A stretch of 56,914 bases of DNA from Aggregatilineales bacterium (GTDB taxonomy: Bacteria; Chloroflexota; Anaerolineae; Aggregatilineales; Phototrophicaceae). Where the stretch lies: assembly GCA_038251045.1 (NCBI GenBank), contig JBBSBS010000001.1, positions 1 through 56,914 on the forward strand. Reading direction: 5' to 3'. A program made the position numbers and the translations under genes. The stretch's first letter is position 1, and each line of letters opens with the position of its first letter. Positions 28,402 through 37,865 of the stretch are shown here, one piece after another. The notes beneath the pieces were generated by a model. That model searched no databases. It saw nothing but the letters and a program-made list of their open reading frames with translations, and was not told the DNA's origin.

Positions 28402-29007
28402 ATGAGGCTAACATATGATACACAAAGTATGACACTATCGTCGATAAAACGCGTACAAGTTAACCAAACCATAATTGAACTCATTGAAGGAGATATAACA
28501 CGGCAAGATACGGAAGCAATTGTAAATGCCGCCAATTCATCATTGTTGGGGGGAGGTGGGGTCGATGGAGCCATCCATAGGGCAGCTGGCCCCGAATTAC
28601 TCGTCGAAACCCGTACGCTAAACGGCTGCCGGACGGGTGATGCCAAGATCACAGGTGGATATAAGCTAAAAGCGAAATACGTTATCCACGCCGTTGGCCC
28701 TATTTATCAACGACAAAGTCCGATTGTTCCACAGATGCTTGCCAGCGCCTACCGCCGCAGTCTCGAAGTTGCACAAGCCAATGGCATCCACAGCATTGCG
28801 TTCCCCTCGCTTAGTACGGGTACGTATGGCTATCCTCTAGAAGAAGCTGCTCCTATTGCGCTTAAAACTGTAGTCGATTTTGTCGTTCAGCAAGAGAACA
28901 TTAAAGAGGTTCGATTCATTTTGTTCAATCAGCAGACCTTGGAATATTTTGTGCGAGCGCTGGCTGAACTTTTACGCAAGGATCATGACAGAATCAAAGT
29001 CATGTGA
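28402..29007 (+). CDS. ymdB: Macrodomain O-acetyl-ADP-ribose deacetylase
   Basis: GDIT, AIVNAANSSLLGGGGVDGAIHRAAG, VIHAVGP and IAFPSLSTG.YGYP motifs. Confidence 0.93.
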   Translation: MRLTYDTQSMTLSSIKRVQVNQTIIELIEGDITRQDTEAIVNAANSSLLGGGGVDGAIHRAAGPELLVETRTLNGCRTGDAKITGGYKLKAKYVIHAVGPIYQRQSPIVPQMLASAYRRSLEVAQANGIHSIAFPSLSTGTYGYPLEEAAPIALKTVVDFVVQQENIKEVRFILFNQQTLEYFVRALAELLRKDHDRIKVM

Positions 29008-29183
29008 ACACTGCAATAACCCCAAAAGTTCAAAGTAGATAAAAACTCAATAATTGAGAACTCTACCGACATAGGGTCAAGATTTCGCAGTGCAATATCC
29101 AGACTGCACCAGATAGTCCACGCAAAGCAAATGTACGTAAAACCAAGCGCATATACCCATATAGATAAGGTGCTTGGCTCCAT
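28983..29183 (-). pseudogene. 66-aa ORF or degenerate MarR paralog fragment carrying a copy of MarR helix 1
   Basis: Contains IWCSLDIALRNLD, versus IWCNLDIALRNLD in the adjacent MarR. Confidence 0.45.
29075..29116. repeat. 42-bp imperfect direct repeat of marR 29690-29731
   Basis: 38/42 identical; three of the four differences are synonymous third positions in the MarR frame. Confidence 0.9.
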
Positions 29184-29274
29184 TATGTAGAATTTGCATT
29201 ACTAGAATTAGGCAAGATCGTTCACTTCAAACAGAACGAACCGCCCCCGACACGATGAAGCCAATATAAATACC

Positions 29275-29299
29275 AAACAGCTTGCGATGAAGCTGTTTT
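29275..29299. terminator. Probable bidirectional terminator
   Basis: AAACAGCTT-GCGATG-AAGCTGTTTT. Confidence 0.7.
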
Positions 29300-29324
29300 G
29301 GGTACACCTTTTGTTAAACTGGTT

Positions 29325-29771
29325 TTATTCGGTTGGCAATGCTTGGAGGTTTGCCAAAACGCTCTGAAAGCCTTTGAAGTCACCACCGGAAACCGATTTG
29401 CGAATACGAGCATCGATCTGTTCAGCACTTGCCTGAACCTGTTCACGGTGGTTATTACCCTTTTTGGTCAGGTAAATACGCACGGCACGACGATCCGATG
29501 AATCAGGACGGCGTTCGATCATGTCTTTGTTTTGCAATTTATCGAGTATGGGCGTGAAAGATGTGGCTGCCCGGCCAACAGCGCGTGCTAACTCCGACGC
29601 GTGCTGACCATCCTGTTCATATAATGAACGCAGAATATACCATTCGATAACAGTAAGCCCGAGCGGCTCAACTACCTGACCATACACTTGGTCAAGATTT
29701 CGTAGCGCTATATCCAGATTGCACCAGATAGAGCCATTAAACCGCATAGATAGATTTTTCGAGTCACTCAT
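29325..29771 (-). CDS. MarR family transcriptional regulator with a helix-1 Cys
   Basis: LGLTVIEWYILRSL, SELARAVG, LDKL....IER and DRRAVRIYLT motifs. Confidence 0.92.
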   Translation of the reverse strand: MSDSKNLSMRFNGSIWCNLDIALRNLDQVYGQVVEPLGLTVIEWYILRSLYEQDGQHASELARAVGRAATSFTPILDKLQNKDMIERRPDSSDRRAVRIYLTKKGNNHREQVQASAEQIDARIRKSVSGGDFKGFQSVLANLQALPTE

Positions 29772-29842
29772 TAGAACCACAGTCTCATTTCTCTGCATAG
29801 CAGCAAATTACAGCAAATTCAAGGGGGCTGCAAAAATAAACA

Positions 29843-30181
29843 TTATTCAAGAGAAAGCAAAAGAACTAAGTCACCCAGACCTAGTTCATCACCAGAATTA
29901 ACTAAATAAGGGGTGTCTGGTTTTAAACGCTTCCCATTTAAAAAAGTTCCATTTATAGAACTTAGATCTAATATATGAATCTTATCTTGATACCGTACAA
30001 AAACTGCATGGCGGCGAGAGACTCCTTTGTCGAGGGCTTTGAATTCTGCTAGATCTATATCCGGTATAAAGCTGCTCCGACTGTCTGATCTGCCTAATAC
30101 AAAACCATCAGTCGTTGCAAGTGAAACCTTCACACTTTGCACAGAATTATCACTTACTTGAAGAGTCAAACTACTATCCAT
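29843..30181 (-). CDS. Stand-alone FHA domain protein
   Basis: LGRSD, GVSRRHA, DLSSINGTFLNG and GDEL.LG motifs. Confidence 0.9.
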   Translation of the reverse strand: MDSSLTLQVSDNSVQSVKVSLATTDGFVLGRSDSRSSFIPDIDLAEFKALDKGVSRRHAVFVRYQDKIHILDLSSINGTFLNGKRLKPDTPYLVNSGDELGLGDLVLLLSLE

Positions 30182-30863
30182 TCATACCTACAGTGTATTA
30201 CTTCGGTCAGAATTTCTTAGGATTTTTATAATAATCGCTATAGTTTACAAACCACTACGATTATTACAATTGCATCTTGCGTAAGAGATAAACTAAGCCA
30301 CACTATTATTGTTAATTATGCCACAAAAGGCAAGATCGCAAAACCCCTTTAATACCAATCGAAATAAAAATATGACATTTTTCATTATTCTCACGCGGTT
30401 TCTGACGAAGAAGCGGGTCTAAAATCACCGATTAATGAAAATTAGTTCTAAGGACTATCCATTAATTGCAAGCTTTATTACAGTCCCAAATTACCGATTT
30501 ATCTATATAATACCATATAACACGCCCTAAAAGCAAAACTGTTATGGTCTGGGCATAGTAATATAATACCGTATGTTACACCAAAATGCAAAGAATCATT
30601 CGCTATTCAGGGGTAAAAAGTTAAAAAAGTTAATTACATAAGAAAATGCATAGAAACTATATTTTATAATACAGTTCTTTGTTGTGAACGGTCACAATTC
30701 TTTCATTCTTTGTGCATCAAGAAACATCTAACATATATTAGTTGTTAAAAATGCTTTAATTTAGTATGGCTAGCGTACTAAACATACTAAAAAGTTGTGG
30801 GGAAACTGTGGAGAGAGTCAAAATTTTTCTGATTTTTTGCAGTTGACGAGGTTTACGAATGAC
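30182..30863. promoter_or_regulatory. 680-bp AT-rich regulatory spacer upstream of FHA-marR
   Basis: No ORF of 60 aa or more; inverted repeats at 30229-30266 and 30760-30791; duplicated ATATAATACC (30505, 30561); TGTGAACGGTCACA at 30683. Confidence 0.6.
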
Positions 30864-31372
30864 TCAAGGTCGCCATGTTGCGCTGTCTACATGATCCGTT
30901 GGTGCAAAACTAAGTAGTGTATTTTGACCCGATTCTTTGAGGTAATAAACTAGGTACTCCTGATTGATGAGCAGCCGCTTATCCGAAGCCAAACTGTGTT
31001 TGAAGCGAATCATCTCGCCATTTTCAGTATCAAGTGTGATTGGCTTCCAAAACATCCAATATGGGGGTAAATAATTTCCGGTTCGGTAGACACCGAAATG
31101 GATCTGCACACGGGCATAACGCCGCGACCGCCGGAACAAAACAACACCTGCGTACGCCAATGCCCCTACCCCCACCATCCACAGCCCGCCGACAAATAAA
31201 GTTAGGAGAAAGCTGCGCAATAAGATGATTGCGGGAACCATCAGCAGCAAAGCGGGTACAAGCGGTTCTAATACGACTTCGCGCCGTTGGTCGCTGTGGA
31301 GCTTGCCACGCCGATTTGCCAGCAGTCGTTCGCGCATTTGGGGGGAAACACGGGTATCAATAACAACATTCA
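30864..31372 (-). CDS. Hypothetical membrane protein
   Basis: Probable start MNVVID just after the EamA stop; two TM helices. Confidence 0.7.
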
Positions 31373-31383
31373 TAGGTGAAATA

Positions 31384-32364
31384 CTAACCGCCATCCGGAA
31401 CTTGTTCAAGGGCAGGCATTTTCGGACGGCTGCCCAATTGCAGCACCAATACACTGGCGACAATGAATACGCCGCCGATTAGCTGTACAGATTGCATTTG
31501 TTCATCCAAGAACAAACGCGCAAATATCAAGGTCAATATCGGCTCGACAGTGCCAATTATAGATGCACGCGCCGCACCAATCTTCTGGATGCCGACGGTT
31601 AAGAAAAATCCACCCAGCACGGTACTCACCGTAGCAATTGCCAACATCCGCAACCACAATTCGATACCGATGGGATGACCACTTGCCAACAGCGGCAGTG
31701 ATAAAACAATCTGACCTATATTGTCCAGCACATTACCGGGCAGTTGTACCGCACGAAATGGGATAAGCAGCAGCAGGGTCAGTAACGCCCCGGTGGTAGT
31801 CCAAGCACTCGCTTTGCCTAGAGCAGTGTGTCCCTTCAGCCAGCGTCCGCTCAAAATGAAATAGATGGCGACCAGAAAAGCACAGAATATGGCTAGCAAT
31901 ACGCCGACCAGATTATCATTGCCAATGCCCTGTCCAAAATCCGGTACGGTTAGAAAAATACCAATGCTGGTCAGCACCAAGGCGACCCAACCTGCGGCAG
32001 GCAGCCGTTCGCCCATTAAAGCCGAAAGTACGGCAACAATCGTAGGATAGGTATAAAACAGAACGACGTATGTACCGGCAGGGATTCGCTCGAAGCCATA
32101 AAACGTGGCAACGGCTGCCGTCGCAAGCAGTGTACCCATCATCAACAGCTTAATACGCGGCAGCGGCTTATCACCATTTGGCATCCGCAGTGCCCGCACC
32201 ATCAGCCAAACCAAAGGTGTAGCTAGGGCAAAACGCCAAGTTGCAATATCCAGCGGGTTTAGCCCTGCCACTTGAATGGCCTTGATGAAGACTGGCAGCA
32301 GCGCATAACCTGTCACCGAGGCTAAAACAAGCAGTACGCCATCACGTTCATTTCGCGTCATCAT
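31384..32364 (-). CDS. EamA/DMT transporter
   Basis: Ten TM helices; LFYTYP, GERL and ARASIIGTVEP motifs. Confidence 0.92.
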   Translation of the reverse strand: MMTRNERDGVLLVLASVTGYALLPVFIKAIQVAGLNPLDIATWRFALATPLVWLMVRALRMPNGDKPLPRIKLLMMGTLLATAAVATFYGFERIPAGTYVVLFYTYPTIVAVLSALMGERLPAAGWVALVLTSIGIFLTVPDFGQGIGNDNLVGVLLAIFCAFLVAIYFILSGRWLKGHTALGKASAWTTTGALLTLLLLIPFRAVQLPGNVLDNIGQIVLSLPLLASGHPIGIELWLRMLAIATVSTVLGGFFLTVGIQKIGAARASIIGTVEPILTLIFARLFLDEQMQSVQLIGGVFIVASVLVLQLGSRPKMPALEQVPDGG

Positions 32365-32374
32365 TACCCCGATA

Positions 32375-33313
32375 TCATCCGACTACGGATGGCATATCGT
32401 CAATTATGGATTTGCCGGGCAGCGCTACACGCCGTACTTGAAGCAAAACCACACTCGCCAGAATCAGACTTCCACCCGCGATCTGGATAAATTCCAGACT
32501 TTCGCGCCGGATAATCACTGCCCAGATCAGGGTCAGAACCGGTTCAATCATGCTGATAATGGAAGCACGCGGCGCACTCAAGCGCTGCATTCCAGCATAA
32601 AAGGTGAATATCGGAATGACCGTGCTAATCACCGCCAGTCCTAAAAATCCGACCCATACGCTGAGGTTAGGCGGCACAGCAGTAACATCACCACGCACCG
32701 CAATAACAATCAACACGTAGATGAACGACCCGGTGATGCTCCATCCACTGGCGGCTGAAAGGTTACTTGTCCCCCGCAAAACACGATTGCTCAGAAGGAT
32801 ATAGAGCGAATAGGACGCGGCATTCGTCAGCACCAGCACCACACCAATGGGATCAACCCCGCCAAATCCTTGAAACAGATTCGGTACGGTCAACACTACG
32901 CCGACGAGTGTTAATCCCAGCGCCATCCATGCCCGTCCGGACAGCCGCTCGCCAAACAAAATCGCACCTACCGCCACCATCGCCGGATAGGTATAGATCA
33001 GCACCGTGTACAACGAAACCGGCACCCTTTCGACGGCAAAGAACGCCACCATCGCAACCACACCAAACAGCAACCCCAGCCCTATCAGCCGTGCGCGGGG
33101 TAAAGGCTCGGCCTTTACGGTCTTTTGACCGCGGCGCAGCCATCCCATTGCCAACCATGTAATGGGTGCGGCCATCACAAAGCGCCACACCAGAATATCC
33201 AGCGGGTTAAAAGTGCTGTTATCGTAAATAAACTTGGTGAAGATAGCGAAAAAAGAATATCCTGCTGCCGAAATGAGGATCAGCAGCAAGCCGTCGCGTT
33301 GGGTGCGGTTCAT
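32375..33313 (-). CDS. EamA/DMT transporter (tandem paralog)
   Basis: MNRTQRDG start parallels MTRNERDG of its neighbour; LIYTYP, GERL and RASIISMIEP motifs. Confidence 0.92.
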   Translation of the reverse strand: MNRTQRDGLLLILISAAGYSFFAIFTKFIYDNSTFNPLDILVWRFVMAAPITWLAMGWLRRGQKTVKAEPLPRARLIGLGLLFGVVAMVAFFAVERVPVSLYTVLIYTYPAMVAVGAILFGERLSGRAWMALGLTLVGVVLTVPNLFQGFGGVDPIGVVLVLTNAASYSLYILLSNRVLRGTSNLSAASGWSITGSFIYVLIVIAVRGDVTAVPPNLSVWVGFLGLAVISTVIPIFTFYAGMQRLSAPRASIISMIEPVLTLIWAVIIRRESLEFIQIAGGSLILASVVLLQVRRVALPGKSIIDDMPSVVG

Positions 33314-33391
33314 AGGTATCCTGATGGTGCGGAATATTGAGTGATAAGTATATGGGCAGTGCAAGCAATTGTACAACGCCAGATGGAACCA

Positions 33392-34546
33392 TTACTTAAT
33401 CGTAATCAGCGCCTGTTCAGCGAATTTTTCGAAGCGACCCTGCCGATCAATCCCTATTACTTGCATGAAATAATCAGTGGCTTTGGCTTGGTTGCCCAAA
33501 ATTAATTCTACCTGTCCGGCTGTATACATAAATACCGAGAAATAGGGCACATTTTTTTGATCTTTAAACTTAAGCGCCTCTTGCATAGCTTTTTTAGCAT
33601 TGGCTACATCGCCAACTTTGGCCTTTGCCCAAGCATAGGTTATCAGATTTATTCCTCGCGAAGCCTCCTTGGACGAGAGGTAGAAAGGCATCGGAAGTTG
33701 AAGTGCGAATTCCATCAACTCCACCGCACGGTTGGCATCCAAACCCTGAGATAAGTACCAACTAGCTAATCCTTCATAAAGTACGGGGATTTCTGGTTGA
33801 ATCAGGATAGCTAATTCCAGTAAGCGCTTCGCTTCACCGTAGCGACCTTGAAACAGCAACTCGCTCCCATAATTATTTAGCGCAACCGCCTCGAAAACTT
33901 TCGCACTTTGGTGCACTGCCAAGGCGTAACGTTGAACTTTTTCACTTTCAGCAAAGTGATCGCTAAATATATAGGCCAAACTGTAGGAGGACGTTGGTCT
34001 CAAACCCCGCAATAGTGGGAAATTTAGTAATAACAACCATCGCTTTATCGTTAAATCGTATTGACCCCGATACAAGGGAGTCGTTGTCCAACTTAAGAGA
34101 AATCCAAACACAACAATAGGTACATAAACGAAAATAAATCCTAACCCAATATCGTGAGTAAGCAGCGTAGACACAATCATGGAGCCAACTACCCACAGGA
34201 TTAGAAACGCCCCCAACGGCGACCTCAATTGGCTAGGGACAGTCGGTAAATCCAGTGCTTTCACCTCAGCCAAATATTGTCCAATAAGCTTACGATGCTT
34301 CATTCGATTGATCGCAAAAACAATTACTACGCCTATTATTGTGATGAGGGGCAATACACTGAATAGGAACGCTGCACAATTGCATTTCCCTTGAGTCGAA
34401 GAATAGGCGGGTGTTTGGAATAAGACGAGTGTTATCAGAATAAGGTAGACCAGTATCGCCACCAGAATCCCCCAACGAAACCGATTTGCTCGCTTAAGAC
34501 GTTTTATTCGTTGTGCTAATTCGACCAAATTAATTGCATCAGACAT
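33392..34546 (-). CDS. Membrane protein with C-terminal TPR repeats
   Basis: Four N-terminal TM helices; ALNNYGSELLFQGRYGEAKRLLELAI and other TPR-like helices; lower GC than neighbours. Confidence 0.8.
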   Translation of the reverse strand: MSDAINLVELAQRIKRLKRANRFRWGILVAILVYLILITLVLFQTPAYSSTQGKCNCAAFLFSVLPLITIIGVVIVFAINRMKHRKLIGQYLAEVKALDLPTVPSQLRSPLGAFLILWVVGSMIVSTLLTHDIGLGFIFVYVPIVVFGFLLSWTTTPLYRGQYDLTIKRWLLLLNFPLLRGLRPTSSYSLAYIFSDHFAESEKVQRYALAVHQSAKVFEAVALNNYGSELLFQGRYGEAKRLLELAILIQPEIPVLYEGLASWYLSQGLDANRAVELMEFALQLPMPFYLSSKEASRGINLITYAWAKAKVGDVANAKKAMQEALKFKDQKNVPYFSVFMYTAGQVELILGNQAKATDYFMQVIGIDRQGRFEKFAEQALITIK

Positions 34547-34592
34547 GAGGTGTCCCAACTACATTTTCAACAACACTATAAGTATATAGTTG

Positions 34593-34628
34593 AAACAAAA
34601 AGCGGTATCGAATCTAACGATACCGCTT
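34593..34628 (-). terminator. Intrinsic terminator of the nuo operon
   Basis: Minus strand AAGCGGTATCG-N7-CGATACCGCTT-TTTGTTT. Confidence 0.85.
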
Positions 34629-34656
34629 CATTGAACTGATTCTTTGAACTTCGATA

Positions 34657-36171
34657 CTACTTCAGTATCGCCGCTGCAATCGTAATTTTATCAGTCAAAT
34701 TAGTCGCAAGGAATGGCAGGATACCCATTACAACTGTACCCGCGAAAGCCACATAAATCGCCCAGTTGACGTATTCGGTCGCGCCTTCAGCCTTATCACC
34801 CTCGCCATCACGCAGATACATATTGACGATGACACGCACATAATAGAACGCGCTCACCACACTCGTCAGCACACCGATGATCGCCAGCGGAATGAGGTTG
34901 GCTTCTAGCGCCACACGGAACACATACCACTTGCCGATGAAACCGGCTGTTAGCGGGATACCGGTCAAACTCAGCATGAACACCGCCATCATGAAAGCCA
35001 ACGCCGGACGGCTCTTTGCCAGCCCAACGAAGTCTTCAAGACTTGTGCCTGTACCGTCGTCCTTTTCAATCGCCATCGCCACGCCGAACGCGCCCAAGTT
35101 GGTAAACATATAGGCGATCAAGTAAAGCAGTGCCGCCTGAATTGCGCCTACGCCCAACCCCGCCGTACCCGCTGCTGCCACTGCCATCATGATATAACCG
35201 GCATGGGCGATCGATGAATAAGCCAACATACGCTTGATATTGGTTTGGGCGATCGCGACGAAATTACCGAGAAGCAGTGTCGCCGCCGCAACCAACCAGA
35301 ATGTCTGCTGCCATGCGGCGATTGTCTCGCCACTGGTCAGGACGAATGTCGGCAGCGCGACGACCACAATCCGCAGCAGCGCAGCGAAACCGCCAATCTT
35401 TGCACCAACGCTCATGAAAGCCGTTACCGGGGTTGGCGCACCTTCGTACACATCCGGTGTCCACATATGGAACGGAACCACCGCCACTTTAAAGCCCAAC
35501 CCCACCAGAATGAGGCCAGTACCCATCAGCAACAGGAAGGCGGATGAACCGCCAGTCGCCACAATCCGTTCGACAGCGACAAAAATCGTGGACAAATTAG
35601 TTGAACCGGTCGCGCCAAACACCAGCGCCGAACCGTAAACAAAGAAAGCGCTGGCAAACGCGCCGAGGATGAAATACTTCATACCGCTTTCTTCCGAGCG
35701 CACATCCGGCACACGGAAAGCTGCCAGCACGTACAACGGAATACTCAGCAGTTCCAGCGCCACGAAGATCGTTACCAGATCATTGGCACTCGCCATAAAC
35801 ATGATACCGCTCAGGCTGAACAGAATGAGCGCATAAAATTCACCGCGCTCGATGCCTGTGCGCTTCAAGTAGTCAATACTCATGAGTACGCTGATGAAGC
35901 CCGTTACGAGGATGATGACGTTGGCAACACTCGTAAAACCGTCAGCGATGTACATGCCTAGAAAAGCCGTGCCTGTTTCGTTGAAGGTGAACATATTCAC
36001 GACGAAACTCAGGACAATAATGCCCAGTGCCAGAAAAGCCGTCACGACTTTGCGGTCACGCGGGACGAACAGCACATCCACCAGCAGCAGCAAACAGGCT
36101 CCCACCGCCAGCACCACACCGGGCGCGGTCATCCACAGGTTTAAATCAGCAAAACTGGGAACTGAAAACAT
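34657..36171 (-). CDS. nuoN: NADH-quinone oxidoreductase subunit N
   Basis: ALELLS, E...KYF, FKVAVVPFHMWTPDVYEGAP and KRMLAYSSIAH motifs. Confidence 0.97.
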   Translation of the reverse strand: MFSVPSFADLNLWMTAPGVVLAVGACLLLLVDVLFVPRDRKVVTAFLALGIIVLSFVVNMFTFNETGTAFLGMYIADGFTSVANVIILVTGFISVLMSIDYLKRTGIERGEFYALILFSLSGIMFMASANDLVTIFVALELLSIPLYVLAAFRVPDVRSEESGMKYFILGAFASAFFVYGSALVFGATGSTNLSTIFVAVERIVATGGSSAFLLLMGTGLILVGLGFKVAVVPFHMWTPDVYEGAPTPVTAFMSVGAKIGGFAALLRIVVVALPTFVLTSGETIAAWQQTFWLVAAATLLLGNFVAIAQTNIKRMLAYSSIAHAGYIMMAVAAAGTAGLGVGAIQAALLYLIAYMFTNLGAFGVAMAIEKDDGTGTSLEDFVGLAKSRPALAFMMAVFMLSLTGIPLTAGFIGKWYVFRVALEANLIPLAIIGVLTSVVSAFYYVRVIVNMYLRDGEGDKAEGATEYVNWAIYVAFAGTVVMGILPFLATNLTDKITIAAAILK

Positions 36172-36239
36172 AATCTACCCCTAAAACCGTTGAGGCACTT
36201 CTAATAAAGGCGGCTCATAAGCCGCCCCGGCCAATCTAT

Positions 36240-37799
36240 TTAGCGCAGTACAGTGCTCGCTACATTACTCAGGTTCTGTGCCACCTGATTAACTGTCGGC
36301 CCCATCGAGTCGAAGAACGCTTTGGGCTGTACACCAATCCAGATAATAACAACAATCACCGCCACCAGCACGGTAGTTTCGCGCCAGTTGAGCTTCTCTA
36401 GATGTTTATTTTCTTCGTGGGTCACTTCACCCATGAATACCTTCTGATACATATACAGAATGTACACAGCCGCCAGAATGACACCCAATGTGGCGAACAG
36501 TGTGAAGAAGAAACCTAATGTCGTGCTGCCCAATGATCCCAACAAAATGGTGAACTCGCCTACAAAACCATTCAAACCGGGCAAGCCCATGCTGCTCAGT
36601 GCGATAACAAGGCTCAAGCCGCCAAAGACTGGCAGCACCTTCCAGATACCGCCATACGCAGCGATGTCTTTGGTGTGGCGGCGTTCATACAACACACCGA
36701 CGAGCAAGAACAAGCCGCCCGTGCTAACACCATGATTGACCATCTGCAAAATAGCACCCTGAATACCCAGCGTATTCAGCGCGAAGATGCCGAGTATCAC
36801 GAAACCCATATGGCTGACCGATGAATACGCAACCAGCTTTTTCACATCGGTTTGGGCATATGTGACCCATGCACCATAGATGATGCCGATTACGGCTAAG
36901 GTCGCCACGAAAGGAGCCCAATAAATCGAGGCCTGCGGGAACAGCGGCAGGCAGAAGCGGATGATGCCGTATGCGCCGAGCTTCAGCAGCACACCTGCCA
37001 GAATGACCGAACCTGCTGTTGGCGATTGAACGTGCGCGTCCGGAAGCCAACTATGAAACGGCCAGATCGGAACTTTAATCGCGAATGCAATCAGGAAGCC
37101 GAGGAACAGCACCGACTGTACGCTGAACACATCGCTCATCGGGAAAACCAGCGCACCCGACTGAATGAGGGTGATGATTTCCGGCAGTGAGAACGTTCCC
37201 GCGTTGATGCCGACATAAAGGATCGCCAGCAGCATCAAGATCGAACCCGCCATCGTGTACAGGAAGAACTTGACGGCGGCATAAATGCGTCGTTCTGCAC
37301 CCCAGATACCGATCAGGAAGTACATCGGAACCAGTGTCACTTCCCAGAAGATGTAGAACATGAACAGGTCTTGTGCCATGAACACGCCCAGCATAGCGAA
37401 TTCCAGCAGCAGCATAAACACGTAGTACAGGCGATCCCGTCCACGTTCATGCAGCACATGCACCCCAAACGAGCTGAGGATGGCAATCGGCATAATGAAG
37501 GTCGTCAGCACAATCAGCAGGATGCTCACGCCATCCACACCGATGTAGAAGCTGATGCCGAGACTCGGTATCCACTCCATTTGTTGTGCAAACTGCAAAC
37601 CGGGGTTGGAGGCGTTAAAGGTTGCCCACATCACCAGCGAAGCCACAAATGCTGCCCCACTGAAGCCGAGTGCCGTCCACTTAATATTTTCATTTACATG
37701 CCCGTCTGCACCCTGCTCTCGCATGAGTAACAGCGGGATAATCCCAATCAGCGGTAGAAATAACACCACTGTCGAGAGTGAAATCGCAGAACTTACCAT
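36240..37799 (-). CDS. nuoM: NADH-quinone oxidoreductase subunit M
   Basis: FWEVTLVPMY, KFFLYT, IKVPIWPFHSWLPDAH, KKLVAYSSVSH and GFVGEF motifs. Confidence 0.97.
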   Translation of the reverse strand: MVSSAISLSTVVLFLPLIGIIPLLLMREQGADGHVNENIKWTALGFSGAAFVASLVMWATFNASNPGLQFAQQMEWIPSLGISFYIGVDGVSILLIVLTTFIMPIAILSSFGVHVLHERGRDRLYYVFMLLLEFAMLGVFMAQDLFMFYIFWEVTLVPMYFLIGIWGAERRIYAAVKFFLYTMAGSILMLLAILYVGINAGTFSLPEIITLIQSGALVFPMSDVFSVQSVLFLGFLIAFAIKVPIWPFHSWLPDAHVQSPTAGSVILAGVLLKLGAYGIIRFCLPLFPQASIYWAPFVATLAVIGIIYGAWVTYAQTDVKKLVAYSSVSHMGFVILGIFALNTLGIQGAILQMVNHGVSTGGLFLLVGVLYERRHTKDIAAYGGIWKVLPVFGGLSLVIALSSMGLPGLNGFVGEFTILLGSLGSTTLGFFFTLFATLGVILAAVYILYMYQKVFMGEVTHEENKHLEKLNWRETTVLVAVIVVIIWIGVQPKAFFDSMGPTVNQVAQNLSNVASTVLR

Positions 37800-37865
37800 A
37801 AGTACGCTCTCCTCAAAATCCGGCTGCGTTCAAAACTGAACCGCACGATTGCCATTATAACCAAC

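Noticed and set aside
9560-29007. TIR plus macrodomain as a Thoeris-like defence system
   Set aside because: The genes are about 18 kb apart; the macrodomain is a plain YmdB type without TM helices, in a housekeeping context
29075-29731. The 42-bp repeat pair as DGR template and variable repeats
   Set aside because: Too short, one of four differences is not at an adenine, changes are mostly synonymous, and there is no reverse transcriptase in the window
29210-30338. Shared 11-mer AGGCAAGATCG at 29210 and 30328
   Set aside because: An 11-bp match at this distance is expected by chance; no consistent -10 spacing
30182-30863. AT-rich spacer as oriC
   Set aside because: Only two degenerate DnaA-box-like words, no dnaA/dnaN nearby, and the skew polarity points to a terminus rather than an origin
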